The translations under genes and the position numbers were made by a program. From assembly GCA_003220495.1 (NCBI GenBank), contig QHSP01000019.1:44148-108147 (forward strand): a stretch of DNA of 64,000 bases, read 5' to 3'. Shown here in pieces: positions 1 to 9,814 of the stretch; the stretch's first letter is position 1, and every line of letters begins with the position of its first letter. Source of the stretch: Candidatus Rokuibacteriota bacterium. Its GTDB lineage: Bacteria; Methylomirabilota; Methylomirabilia; Rokubacteriales; CSP1-6. A model generated the notes under the pieces. It did no database searches. It had not been told where the DNA came from and saw only the letters and a program-made list of their open reading frames with translations.

Positions 1-264
1 CGTTGCCGATCCGGTACGGCGCTGGCGGATCGCCGCGAGTCTGTTCGGTCTGGCTCTGGTGGTGACCTCCGCGGGTGTGCTCGGACGATTGCCGGCGCTG
101 AGCCACGCGCTGCCCTCGGTGTCCGACGGCGTGCTCGCGCTGGTCCTGGGACTCGCGTGCGCGGTCGCGGCGGGATGGTGCGCCGTGAAGGTCGCTGATG
201 CGTTTGCGCGGAGCGCGAGAGCCTGAGCGGGAAGCCCGAGATCCGTGAGCGCGTCTGGGCGCTC

Positions 265-963
265 TTGACCGAGCGCGGCGTCGGCCGGTTTCCCCTGCCC
301 CTGCACGACCGGATCCCGAACTTCGCCGGCGCCGAGGAGGCCGCACGACGCTTGATCGAGCTCCCGGAATGGCAAGCGGCGCGCCGCATCAAGTGCAATC
401 CCGACGCTCCCCAGCGGGCCGTTCGCCTGGCGGCCCTGCGGCAAGGCAAGACGGTGGTGATGGCGGTGCCGCGGCTGCGGGCCGAGCGCTGCTTCCTGCG
501 TCTGGATCCGCGGGCGCTCCAGGGAAAGCTCGCGCAGGCGGCGACGATCAAGGGCGCCGCCGCGCTCGGCGTGCCGGTATCGCCCGCGCAGATCGGTCGG
601 ATCGATCTCGTGGTGGCCGGCAGCGTCGCGGTCAACGAGAGCGGCGCGCGCCTCGGCAAGGGCGGAGGCTACAGCGACCTCGAGTTCGCGCTCGCACGCT
701 CGCTCGGTCTCGTCGACGACGACACGCCGGTCGTCACCACGGTCCACGAGCTCCAGGTCCTCGCAGCAGCGATCCCGATGACGGCCCACGACGTCCCGCT
801 CGACGTCGTCGTCACGCCCGAGCGCGTGATCCGCGTTCGGCGCCGGCACCGGAGGCCGGCCGCGATCATCTGGAAGGAGCTCTCCGCGGAGCAGCTCGCG
901 CAGATGCCGGCGCTGGCCCGGCTCGCGCCGACGCGTGCGCGCCCGGCCCGGAGCCGCGGCTGA
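265..963 (+). CDS. 5-formyltetrahydrofolate cyclo-ligase family protein (5-FCL-like)
   Basis: 232-aa ORF with GKGGGYSD motif typical of MTHFS/5-FCL family; starts with TTG at 265 (alternative start), so exact start is uncertain. Confidence 0.65.
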   Translation: MTERGVGRFPLPLHDRIPNFAGAEEAARRLIELPEWQAARRIKCNPDAPQRAVRLAALRQGKTVVMAVPRLRAERCFLRLDPRALQGKLAQAATIKGAAALGVPVSPAQIGRIDLVVAGSVAVNESGARLGKGGGYSDLEFALARSLGLVDDDTPVVTTVHELQVLAAAIPMTAHDVPLDVVVTPERVIRVRRRHRRPAAIIWKELSAEQLAQMPALARLAPTRARPARSRG

Positions 964-1009
964 CTCAGGCGCGCAGGGCTTCCGGCGCGCGCCAGGCCGC
1001 GAGGCGATC

Positions 1010-1298
1010 GAGCGGCCATCGTCGCCTTGCGCTCGTGCATCGAGTCGACGACACGCAGCTCGGTCAGTCCCGCGTGGGCCAGCTCGCGCGAGGCCAGCCG
1101 GCTCGGGATGACGCCGATCACTTCGCCCCCGTGGGCCAGCACCGTGTCGGCGAGTATGCCCATCATCCCGATCGCGCAGCCGCCGTACACCAAGCCGAGG
1201 CCTCTCGCGACCAGCTCGGCCCCGAGCCGCCGCGCCGCTTCGGCGTAGGCCGGGCGCGCCCCCTCCGCGGCGCCGCAAAAAACGCAAACCCGCTTCAT
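1010..1298 (-). pseudogene. LOG family (cytokinin riboside 5'-monophosphate phosphoribohydrolase / TIGR00730-like) N-terminal fragment
   Basis: MKRVCVFCGAAEG...LVYGGCAIGMMG...GVIPSRL...LTEL..VDSMHERKATMA matches the first ~96 aa of LOG/YvdD-type proteins. The expected PGGFGTLEE half is absent; the frame then runs antisense into the 5-FCL gene. Confidence 0.5.
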
Positions 1299-2152
1299 AG
1301 CGAGGCGGCGAACTCGGCGGAGAGCGTTCCCTGATAGACCTCCTCGACCGGACCGTCCAGACGGAGCGACCAGTCCGGCCGCACCTCGATCGTGAGCTCG
1401 CCGCCGGGCATGCGGACCTTGACCCGGCCGTGAGCGCAGAGCCCGTTCTTGACGGCCGCGGACGCCGCGCCGCACGACGAGGTCCCGGACGCCAGGGTGT
1501 AGCCGGCGCCCCGCTCCCAGATGAGGATGTCCAGCTGATCGCGCGCCGAGGCCCGCGCGAATTGCACGTTGGTCCGGTTGGGAAACGCCGGATGGTTCTC
1601 GATCAGGGGACCGAGCCGCCGGCACTCGGCCTCGTCGAGCCGTTCGACGAAGGTGACGCAATGCGGGTTCCCGACCGACACCGCGGTGACGGACACGGTG
1701 GTCCCGTTTCCGAGCTGGAGCGGGACGCCGACAACGTCGCGGTCCGGACCGTTCATCGGGATCTCCGGGGCCCGGAAGGTCGCGCGCCCCATCTCGACCG
1801 TGACGAAGCCCATCCGCCCCGCCTCGACCCGGCACTGGCACTCCACGAGGCCGCCCTTCGTGTCGACCGTGAACGTCGGCTTCTTCGTGCGGCCGTGGTC
1901 CCAGAGGTACTTCGCGAAGATCCGGAGACCATTCCCCGATTTCTCCGCTTCGCTCCCGTCCGGGTTGAAGATGCGCAGCCCGAAATCGGCGCGCTGCGTG
2001 GGCACGAGCAGAAGAATGCCGTCCGAGCCCACGCCCCAGTTCCGGTCACAGATGCGGGCGATCGCCTTGATCGAGAGCGGCGCGCGGAGGTCCTTCTCGT
2101 CGATGACGATGTAGTCGTTGCCGAGCCCGTGGCCCTTCGCGAAGGGGATCAT
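1295..2152 (-). CDS. dapF: diaminopimelate epimerase
   Basis: 285-aa product MIPFAKGHGLGNDYIV...GNPHCVTFV...ASGTSSCGAA, the classic DapF fold and motifs. ATG at 2150-2152 overlaps the upstream stop (ATGA). Confidence 0.9.
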   Translation of the reverse strand: MIPFAKGHGLGNDYIVIDEKDLRAPLSIKAIARICDRNWGVGSDGILLLVPTQRADFGLRIFNPDGSEAEKSGNGLRIFAKYLWDHGRTKKPTFTVDTKGGLVECQCRVEAGRMGFVTVEMGRATFRAPEIPMNGPDRDVVGVPLQLGNGTTVSVTAVSVGNPHCVTFVERLDEAECRRLGPLIENHPAFPNRTNVQFARASARDQLDILIWERGAGYTLASGTSSCGAASAAVKNGLCAHGRVKVRMPGGELTIEVRPDWSLRLDGPVEEVYQGTLSAEFAASL

Positions 2153-3312
2153 GGCCGCGGCAACTCGACGCGGCGACCGGTCGCCGCCGAGACGTAGCCC
2201 GCGTAGATCACCTCCACCACCTCGCGGGCCAGGAGCCCGCCCGAGAGCGGCTCGCGCCGTTCGCTGATCGCGCCGACAAAGTCTTCCAGCTCTTGCGGGT
2301 ATCCGCGCATCCAGTCCTCTTCCGGGCTCGGAAACTGCCAGCCCGCCTTGGTCTCGACCTTCTCGGTGAGATACTCGTCGCCCCAGACGGCGGCGTCGGG
2401 AGCGTAGACCGTCAAGGTATTGTTCGGGTTGATGTTCGCCTGGATCACCGCGTTCGTCAGGTACGCGGTCACGACGTTGCGAACGCCGCCCAGCGTGATG
2501 TCGTTGGAATGAATCGTCGCCATCGTGCCGTCCTCGAACGTGAGCACGGCCACTGACCAGTCCTCGACGTCTTCGGCGCGGGTCGACATGTGCCGCTTGA
2601 GCGCGGCGACCGCCGGCAGCCGCGTGAGGTTCGCGACCTCCGCGAAGACCGCGCGTGTCCTGATCGGGCGACCGCGGCGCCGCAGACCCTCCCAGTGCTT
2701 GAGGTGGAGCACGGCGCCGATCGGGTGCGAGCCCATTCGCAAGAGGGCGCCGCCCCCCGCGCTCCTCCAGCGGCTCGCGTACGCCGCGTGGGAGCCCGAG
2801 TGGCTCTCCTCGGCGCGCAGCTCGAGAATCGCGCCCCCGCTCGCGGCGAGCAGCCGCCGGAGCTTCGCCACCGGCGGGGCGTACACGAAGTCCTCGGCGT
2901 AGCAGAGAATCACGCCCGCCTTGGCGACGGCCTCGAGCACGAGGTCGGCGTTCGCGAGCGCGGTGGCGAGCATCACGTCCCGGGGTTCGGTGGCCTCGCA
3001 GAAGGCGCCGGTCAGCGGCTTCTCGACGATGACGTGCTTGCCGGCCCGCGCCGCCGCGATCGCGATCTCGTGGTGGCTGTCCGTCGTCGCGCAGATGTCG
3101 ACGACGTCCACGTCGGGCGACGCGACGAGCGTGCGGTAGTCGGTGAAGACGCGCGGGATGGAATGACGCCGGGCGAAGTCCTCGGCCTGGCCCCGCGTGC
3201 GGGAGCAAACGGCCGCCAGCTCGACGCGTGGGCCGAGAAGCGGCCGGTAATTCGTCGCGTGAAGCTCGGCCGCGAACCGCGCGCCGACGATGCCGATCCT
3301 GAGCGTGGTCAC
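2149..3312 (-). CDS. Gfo/Idh/MocA family NAD(P)-dependent oxidoreductase
   Basis: N-terminal Rossmann LRIGIVGARFAAELH and EKPL motif. Likely GTG start at 3310-3312 overlapping the upstream stop (GTGA). Stop overlaps the dapF start. Confidence 0.8.
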   Translation of the reverse strand: MTTLRIGIVGARFAAELHATNYRPLLGPRVELAAVCSRTRGQAEDFARRHSIPRVFTDYRTLVASPDVDVVDICATTDSHHEIAIAAARAGKHVIVEKPLTGAFCEATEPRDVMLATALANADLVLEAVAKAGVILCYAEDFVYAPPVAKLRRLLAASGGAILELRAEESHSGSHAAYASRWRSAGGGALLRMGSHPIGAVLHLKHWEGLRRRGRPIRTRAVFAEVANLTRLPAVAALKRHMSTRAEDVEDWSVAVLTFEDGTMATIHSNDITLGGVRNVVTAYLTNAVIQANINPNNTLTVYAPDAAVWGDEYLTEKVETKAGWQFPSPEEDWMRGYPQELEDFVGAISERREPLSGGLLAREVVEVIYAGYVSAATGRRVELPRP

Positions 3313-4112
3313 GCCAGGCGCGTCCTCAGCCAGTCGCGCACGCGCTCCCGCGGGCCGCGAACGTCGCACGGCAGGCGGTGGCGATACTTTCCGGCGAACC
3401 GGGCGAGCGCCGAGTCACGACGCGCGAGATCCGTCCGCTCGAGAGCGGGGTCGGCTTCGAAGCCCCGTGTGCGCGTCTTGCCGCCGTGGTGCCAGAACGG
3501 AGCGTGGACGATCAGGCACCTGCGGCCGTGCTCGACGACGGCCAGCGACAGATCGCGGTCGATGCCGTGATAGAAGCCGTAGCCCTCGTCCAGGCCACCG
3601 ATCGAATCCAGGAGCCGGCGGGAGATACAGAGGCAGACCGCGTCGACGAAGGCCACGTCCTCCCAGGGCGCCTTGACGGTCGGCCTCGGGAGCAGGCTGT
3701 GGACCACCGTCCGTCCCACGAGCCGGCCGCTGGCTCGCAGCCGCTTGGCGCCGTAGAGGCCGGCCAGACCGGCGTCGGGCTCGGCCAGGGCGGCGAGAAG
3801 CCGTGAAAGCCACGCCGGCTCGACCATCTCGGTGTCGTTGTGCAGGAGGCAGACGAACTCGGTGTCGGTGAGCCGCCAGGCGCGATTGAGCGCCGCGATC
3901 ACGTTGCCGTTGGTCTCATCGTGCGTCGCGGTCAGCGGGTACGGATACGGAAAGCGATCGAGGAACTCGCGGGTGCCGTCGCTGGAGCCGTTGTCCGCGA
4001 CGACCAGACGAAAGGGCTCGGTGGTGGCGCGCAGGCTCTCGAGACAGGCCCGCGTGTGCGCGAGCCCATTGAACACGGCCATCACGAGGCTGACGCGTGG
4101 TGCTGCGCGCAC
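3309..4112 (-). CDS. family 2 glycosyltransferase
   Basis: SLVMAVFNG...ADNGSSDGT (GT2 DXD-type N-terminus); 267 aa. Translationally coupled to the downstream oxidoreductase. Confidence 0.75.
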   Translation of the reverse strand: MRAAPRVSLVMAVFNGLAHTRACLESLRATTEPFRLVVADNGSSDGTREFLDRFPYPYPLTATHDETNGNVIAALNRAWRLTDTEFVCLLHNDTEMVEPAWLSRLLAALAEPDAGLAGLYGAKRLRASGRLVGRTVVHSLLPRPTVKAPWEDVAFVDAVCLCISRRLLDSIGGLDEGYGFYHGIDRDLSLAVVEHGRRCLIVHAPFWHHGGKTRTRGFEADPALERTDLARRDSALARFAGKYRHRLPCDVRGPRERVRDWLRTRLA

Positions 4113-4119
4113 AGCCTCG

Positions 4120-5250
4120 CTAGCGGCGGTCGACCGGGACGTACGTGGCGTGCGTCGGGCCCGTGTACTCCGCGCGCGGTCGGATCAGCCGGTTGTTGGC
4201 GTGCTGCTCCATGACGTGTGCTGCCCAGCCAGCGACCCGGCTCATCGCGAAGATCGGGGTGAACTGGTCGGTCGCGATGCCCATCGACGAGTAGGCCGCG
4301 CCGGAATAGAGGTCGACGTTCGGGAAGATGCGCTTCTGCTCACCGACGACCCGCACGACCGTGTCCAGGATCTGCACGGCGCTGGTGTCCCCCGCCTGCT
4401 TGCCGAGCTCTTCGGCCAGCCGGTGCAGGTGCTTGGCCCGCGGATCCTCGACGCGATAGACGCGGTGGCCGAAGCCCATGACGCGCCCGTGATCGGCGAG
4501 CGTCTTGCGGATCCAGGCGTCGGCGTTTGCGGGCGACTTGATCTTCTGGACCATCAGCATCACCTGCTCGTTGGCGCCGCCGTGGAGCGGCCCCTTGAGC
4601 GCGCCGATCGCCGAGACGATCGAGGAGTGGAGATCCGACATCGTCGCGGCCGTCACGCGGGCCGCGAAGGTCGAGGCGTTGAACTCGTGGTCGGCGTGGA
4701 GGATCAGCGCCACGTCGAACGTCTTGACCGCGAGCGGCGTGGCCTTCTTCCCGGTCAGCATATAGAGGAAGTTCGCCGCGAGATTCAGCTTCGGGTTCGG
4801 CGCGACGGGCGCCTTGCCTCGGCGGATCCGCTCCCAGGCGGCGACCAGGGTCGGCATCTGGGCGGTCAGTCGCAGCGCCTTGCGGGCCGTGGCGTCCTTG
4901 GAGTTGTCGGCGGCGTCGGGATCGTACGCCGACAGGGCCGAGACTCCCGTGCGCAGGACTTCCATCGGCGTGGTCTTCTTCGGCAGCGCCTTCAGGAGCG
5001 ACACGATCCCCGGCGGGAGCTTGCGGTTGGCGGTGGCGCTGAGCGCCTTGGTGTGGGCGAGCAGCTCCTTCTTGCTCGGGAGCCCGCCGTGCCACAGGAG
5101 GAAGATCACTTCCTCGAAGGAAGAATGCTCGACGAGGTCATTGACGTCGTAGCCGCGATAGACGAGACGGCCTTCCTTCCCGTCGATGAAGCAGATGTCC
5201 GACGTCGATACGACGATGTCTTCGAGACCGCCTCGGCCTCCGGTACCCAT
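4120..5250 (-). CDS. citrate synthase
   Basis: 376-aa product with citrate-synthase signature GFGHRVY and a conserved C-terminal half. ATG at 5248-5250 preceded by GAGGG RBS; the ORF track's longer N-terminus lacks an RBS. Confidence 0.9.
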   Translation of the reverse strand: MGTGGRGGLEDIVVSTSDICFIDGKEGRLVYRGYDVNDLVEHSSFEEVIFLLWHGGLPSKKELLAHTKALSATANRKLPPGIVSLLKALPKKTTPMEVLRTGVSALSAYDPDAADNSKDATARKALRLTAQMPTLVAAWERIRRGKAPVAPNPKLNLAANFLYMLTGKKATPLAVKTFDVALILHADHEFNASTFAARVTAATMSDLHSSIVSAIGALKGPLHGGANEQVMLMVQKIKSPANADAWIRKTLADHGRVMGFGHRVYRVEDPRAKHLHRLAEELGKQAGDTSAVQILDTVVRVVGEQKRIFPNVDLYSGAAYSSMGIATDQFTPIFAMSRVAGWAAHVMEQHANNRLIRPRAEYTGPTHATYVPVDRR

Positions 5251-5308
5251 GGTCTTCCCTCGCCAAAAGGTGTGATGAAACCGGTTTGCTTTTACCATAC
5301 CCACGGCC

Positions 5309-6142
5309 ATGCTTCAAGGCACCCCGGAGCGCGTGCGAGACTACTACGACGGCCATCCGATCAGCGAGGCCCACGTGCTCGCGGCCCTCGCCGGCCAGGG
5401 GCTCGACGGCTCCCTCACCGCGGACGACCTCTTCGAGTTCGACCAGGACCACTACGGTGGACTCGCCGCCGTCGACATCCTGGCGCGGCGGGCCGGCGTC
5501 GGCGCCGCGAGCCGCGTCCTCGACGTCTGCGCGGGGCTCGGCGGGCCCGCCCGCTTCCTGGCGAGCCGCCGCGGCTCGTCGGTCGTCGCGCTCGAGCTCC
5601 ACCCGGGCCGTGTGGCGGGAGCCGCCAGGCTCAACCGGCTGGTCAAGCAGACCCGCGTGACGGTCGTCCGCGCGGACGCGACGACGCTCCCGTTTGGTGA
5701 AGGGGCCTTCGACGCCTGCCTGAGCCAGGAGGCATTGCTGCACATCGCCGACAAGCCGGCGGTCCTCGGCGAATGCCACCGCGTGCTCGGCCACGGAGGC
5801 CGTCTGGCCTTCACCGACTGGATCGCCTTTTCGAGTCTTGCCGATCGCGAGCGCCAGCGGCTCTGGGAGTGGATGGCGGCCACGACCCTGCAAACGCTCG
5901 AGGGCTACCGCAAGCTCCTGGGGCGCGCGGGCTTCGTGGCAATCGAGGCCGAGGATCTATCCGGCGAGTGGCGCGCGATCGTGCGCAAGCGGCTCGAGCT
6001 GCACCGGGCGCTTCGTCCGCGGCGAGAGATGCGATTCGGCCACCAGCATTACGTGGACTACGAGCAGCTTCACGCGTTCTTCGTGGGATTGATCGAAGCC
6101 GGCAAGCTGGGCGGCGGGCGCTTCACCGCCACGAGATCGTAG
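5309..6142 (+). CDS. class I SAM-dependent methyltransferase
   Basis: Motif I VLDVCAGLGGPARFLA and a Methyltransf_11-like layout; 277 aa. Confidence 0.75.
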   Translation: MLQGTPERVRDYYDGHPISEAHVLAALAGQGLDGSLTADDLFEFDQDHYGGLAAVDILARRAGVGAASRVLDVCAGLGGPARFLASRRGSSVVALELHPGRVAGAARLNRLVKQTRVTVVRADATTLPFGEGAFDACLSQEALLHIADKPAVLGECHRVLGHGGRLAFTDWIAFSSLADRERQRLWEWMAATTLQTLEGYRKLLGRAGFVAIEAEDLSGEWRAIVRKRLELHRALRPRREMRFGHQHYVDYEQLHAFFVGLIEAGKLGGGRFTATRS

Positions 6143-6157
6143 CTCGTGCGGCGGGCC

Positions 6158-7789
6158 TCAGCGGCGGAAGCGCTTGAGGAGGTCCTGAAGTCCGCCCTCG
6201 ACCTTCTCCCGGTCGACCTGCCCGGCGAGCGAGGACGGATCGATACGAACGGACGGTGACGCGGCGTTGCCGGTGACCTTGGCCCGCACCTCACCTCGTC
6301 CGTGATCGACGCGCAGATCGAGGTTCATGCGTCCGGTCGCCAGACCGTAGTCCCCGACGACACCCACCTTCAACGCCTTGGCCGTGTACAGGAGATCCTT
6401 CGTGCTGAGGACGCCGTTGGTGATCTGGTAAGTCCCGGTGATCGACTCGAAGTCGACCGGCGACGACGTGAGCGCTTTCGGCACATCGGCGGCGAGCACC
6501 GACGACGCCGCGCCGGCCACGCTCGTGACCACGCCGATGAGCGCGATCGCCTGCGGGCCGACCACCTTGCCCGGACCGATCCGCAGCTGGCCGGAGCCGC
6601 CGAGGGTGTTCAGGAGATCCGACGTGTTCGTCGAGAGGGCGCCGCTGAGGTCGAGCGGGCCCGACACGGCGTACCCCTCGCAGAGGAAGTCCACGAGCAC
6701 CTTCTCGGCCGGCATCGACTTGATGGCCAGGTCGCTCAGCTGCACGTGGGCGCCATGATCGAGTGTCAGGGTCAGGTTGGTGCTGATCGGACCGCCACTG
6801 ACGGAGGTCGTCACGGGTCGGCTCTGGAACCGCGCGCCGTCCCACGAGGCACCGCTCACCTTCAGGAGACCCAGGGCGAGCGTCCGCTGCTTCGGCTCCG
6901 GACAGGCCTGATTCGATCGAGTCACCCTGACGCTCGCGAGCTCGACGTTGCCGGAGATCCGGGGTACGCCCAGCGTGCCGCCGAGCGAGAAGTCGCCCTT
7001 GATCGGACCCGCGATCGTGGGAGTCGGCCCGGCCGCAGCGGCCACCAGCTTCTCGACGTCCTTGCCCTCGATGCCGACCCTGGCGCGGACGGGCGCCTCG
7101 AGCAGGGTCTTGGCGCCGTTCACCGCGATGATCCCGTCGGCCAGCTTGACGGTGAGATCACCCGGCCTCACCGCGAAGGCGCCTTTGAAGGCGAGCTGCG
7201 AGCCTTGACCGGTCACGGTGACGTCCAGGTCCTCGACGCGATACGGAGTCTGCGAGGGCCCCTTCCCACGCGTCACGTACGTGATCAGCCCCTTGTCGAT
7301 CTTCACCCGCGAGACGATCGCCGCGGCCGCGCCTCCCGTGGCGCCGCCACTCGATCGGCCTTGGCGCGACGCGGTCTTGGACTCTGCGGGCGGGGTGAGG
7401 CTGGCCACGTTCAGCCGCCCCTCGGCGTTCTGGATGAGCGCGATGCGTGGCCGCGCGAGGGTGATGTCGCCGAACTCGACGCGACCGGACAAGAGGGGGC
7501 GCAGCTTGAGATAGATCCGGCCCGTCTCGAGCGTCAGAAACGGCGTGGTGCCGAACTGCGGGTCCTCGGCGACCTCGAGCTTGTGGAGCTCGATCGACGG
7601 TAGCGGGAACAGGCCGACCGACAGCGACTCGAACTTCACGGGCCGCCCGACGGCCTGCGCCGCGCTGCTGGCGATCATCGCCTGGACACGCGGCGTGTCG
7701 ATCAAGCGCGGCAGCGCGACCGCAGCCACGATCGCCAGCAACACGACGACGCCGACGAGGATGCCGGCCCACTTCACGGCGCGCTTCAA
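6158..7789 (-). CDS. AsmA family outer-membrane-assembly protein
   Basis: N-terminal TM/signal anchor (WAGILVGVVVLLAIVAAVALP) followed by a long beta-rich Gly/Thr/Val-rich body typical of AsmA-like proteins; 543 aa. Confidence 0.65.
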   Translation of the reverse strand: MKRAVKWAGILVGVVVLLAIVAAVALPRLIDTPRVQAMIASSAAQAVGRPVKFESLSVGLFPLPSIELHKLEVAEDPQFGTTPFLTLETGRIYLKLRPLLSGRVEFGDITLARPRIALIQNAEGRLNVASLTPPAESKTASRQGRSSGGATGGAAAAIVSRVKIDKGLITYVTRGKGPSQTPYRVEDLDVTVTGQGSQLAFKGAFAVRPGDLTVKLADGIIAVNGAKTLLEAPVRARVGIEGKDVEKLVAAAAGPTPTIAGPIKGDFSLGGTLGVPRISGNVELASVRVTRSNQACPEPKQRTLALGLLKVSGASWDGARFQSRPVTTSVSGGPISTNLTLTLDHGAHVQLSDLAIKSMPAEKVLVDFLCEGYAVSGPLDLSGALSTNTSDLLNTLGGSGQLRIGPGKVVGPQAIALIGVVTSVAGAASSVLAADVPKALTSSPVDFESITGTYQITNGVLSTKDLLYTAKALKVGVVGDYGLATGRMNLDLRVDHGRGEVRAKVTGNAASPSVRIDPSSLAGQVDREKVEGGLQDLLKRFRR

Positions 7790-7808
7790 CGCGCACCCCC
7801 CGGGGAGA

Positions 7809-8759
7809 CTATGCGGTTTGGATTGCCGACAGCCGCCAGGGCTTCGGGCCGACCGGGCGCGTGAAGGTCCAGTACTCCTGGATATCCACAGGCGTGGTCG
7901 CCCCCTCCACGACGGCGCCGGTCGAGTCGTCGACCGTGTAGTCGACGAGTGACACGACGAAGTACACCGTCACCCAATCTTGACCGCTCTCCTGCCAGGC
8001 CTCGGTCATCTCGGCCCGTCCGATCTGGACGCGCTCGATCCGGTTCGTGCGCCGAGCGCCGCGAAGCTGATCACACTGCGCCTGCAGGCGGCCGAACTCC
8101 TGCGGCGTGAGCCGATCTTGCACCGCGCTCAGATCACGCCTGACGATACCGGCCTGGACCTCGACGAAAGTCCCCTTCGCCCAATCGGCGAACCCGACCG
8201 GATCGAAGGTCGCGTCCATTCCGCGGATGTGTTCGAGCCCGCGATCGAGATCCGACTCGCCGGGCGGAGCCTCCATCACGGCGCCACCGCCGCCGGTCGA
8301 CCAGCCGCGCTCGGCAGAGCCGTATGCGCCGGCTCCGGCGTACGCGGGCTCGGGTCGCGCATCCGCACGACCGCGCAGCATCCTGAACACGAGGAAGATC
8401 GCCCCACCGATCAGCAAGAGCTCGAGGAGCCCCACGCCTCCACCGAAGCCGCCGCCCATGCCGCCGAACAGCATGGAGCCCAGAAGCCCGCCGAGCGCGA
8501 AGCCGGCGAGGCCGCCCATCAGGCCGCCGAAGATGCCCGGACGCGCCGACGGCTGTTGCATCGGCTGGGGCGAGGTTTGGGTGGGGCTCGTCGCTCTCGA
8601 GGGGCTCGACGGTGTCGTCGAGGGAGAGGCCGGCGACGAGTACGAGCGAGAGCCACGACTTCCGCCGCTCGTGGCGCGGGCCCACACCGACGCCGTGTCG
8701 AGCAGCAGCAGCGAGACCAGCGACAGCCCGAATATGAGCACAAAAGCTCTTGTTCGCAT
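7809..8759 (-). CDS. Tim44-like domain protein
   Basis: Signal peptide, Ser/Pro/Gly-rich linker, a Gly-rich hydrophobic segment, then a C-terminal Tim44-like domain (DRGLEHIRGMDATFDPVGF...EYWTFTR). Confidence 0.6.
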   Translation of the reverse strand: MRTRAFVLIFGLSLVSLLLLDTASVWARATSGGSRGSRSYSSPASPSTTPSSPSRATSPTQTSPQPMQQPSARPGIFGGLMGGLAGFALGGLLGSMLFGGMGGGFGGGVGLLELLLIGGAIFLVFRMLRGRADARPEPAYAGAGAYGSAERGWSTGGGGAVMEAPPGESDLDRGLEHIRGMDATFDPVGFADWAKGTFVEVQAGIVRRDLSAVQDRLTPQEFGRLQAQCDQLRGARRTNRIERVQIGRAEMTEAWQESGQDWVTVYFVVSLVDYTVDDSTGAVVEGATTPVDIQEYWTFTRPVGPKPWRLSAIQTA

Positions 8760-8808
8760 GTTCGCCTCCTACGTCATTCTAGCGCGGCCAGCCACCGGCC
8801 GCGGCCCG

Positions 8809-9777
8809 CTACGGAATGAGGAGCACCTTGCCCGTCGTCTTCCGTCCCTCCAGCGCCCGGTGCGCGTCGGCCGCGTCCTTCAGGGGGAACTCGAACTCGG
8901 TGCGGAGCTTGAGCTTGCCGTCGCGGATCCAACCCAGGAGCTCGTTCGAGCGCTCGAGCAGCTCCGCGCGCGTGGTGATGTGGTGGTTGAGGCTCGGGCG
9001 CGTCAGGAAGAGCGAGCCCTTGGCGTTGAGCGTCTGCGGATCGAAGGGCCCGATCGGGCCGCTCGACTGGCCGTAGAGCGCCATCATGCCGCGCGGCGCC
9101 AGGCAGTTGAACCCCTTGTCGAACGTGGTCTGACCGACCGAGTCGTAGACGACCTGCAGCCCCTTGCCGTCGGTGAGTCGCTTCACCTCGGCCTCGAAAT
9201 CCTGCTTCGTGTAGAGAATGACGTCCGAGGCGCCAGCTTCGCGCGCCAGCTTCGCTTTGTCCTCGGTGGAGACCGTGCCGATGACACGCGCTCCCCGCAT
9301 CTTCGCGATCTGGCACAGCAGCAACCCCACGCCGCCGGCCGCCGCGTGCACGAGGCACGTGTCGCCGCGCTTGAGCGGATAGGTCGAGCAGGCGAGATAG
9401 TGCGCGGTCAGCCCCTGCAGCATCGCCGCGGCGCCCTGGTGCGTGCTCAGTCCGGTCGGCAGGGTCACCAGACGCGCAGCCGGGACCACGGCGTACTGCG
9501 CGTAAGCGCCGGCAACACCCGTGTAAGCGACCTTGTCACCGACCTTCACCTCGCTCACGTTCGGACCGACCGCGGTGACCGTACCGCCGGCTTCCAGCCC
9601 GAGGGTCAGCGGCAGCGCGAGCTTGTATTGACCCGAGCGCTGGTACACGTCGATGTAGTTGATACCGGCGGCGTCCACCTTCACCGTGGCCTCGCCGGCC
9701 TTCGGGGTGGGATCCGCCACGTCTTCGTAGCGAAGGACTTCGGGACCGCCGGGCGCGTTGACTCGAATGGCTTTCAT
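8809..9777 (-). CDS. qor: NADPH:quinone reductase (zeta-crystallin family)
   Basis: [15 protein letters not shown]...[14 protein letters not shown]... Medium-chain dehydrogenase/reductase (MDR) fold; 322 aa. Confidence 0.85.
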   Translation of the reverse strand: MKAIRVNAPGGPEVLRYEDVADPTPKAGEATVKVDAAGINYIDVYQRSGQYKLALPLTLGLEAGGTVTAVGPNVSEVKVGDKVAYTGVAGAYAQYAVVPAARLVTLPTGLSTHQGAAAMLQGLTAHYLACSTYPLKRGDTCLVHAAAGGVGLLLCQIAKMRGARVIGTVSTEDKAKLAREAGASDVILYTKQDFEAEVKRLTDGKGLQVVYDSVGQTTFDKGFNCLAPRGMMALYGQSSGPIGPFDPQTLNAKGSLFLTRPSLNHHITTRAELLERSNELLGWIRDGKLKLRTEFEFPLKDAADAHRALEGRKTTGKVLLIP

Positions 9778-9814
9778 GAAGACCCTCCCGGGAATTCAAC
9801 TCGATGCGGCGGGA

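Noticed and set aside
369-1334. 321-aa ORF on + strand overlapping the 5-FCL and LOG genes
   Set aside because: Arg/Ala/Gly-rich low-complexity translation typical of out-of-frame reading of high-GC coding DNA; no motif.
3832-5700. 622-aa + strand ORF antisense to citrate synthase
   Set aside because: Low-complexity R/G/A/P-rich translation with no domain; the opposite strand carries a citrate synthase with the GFGHRVY signature.
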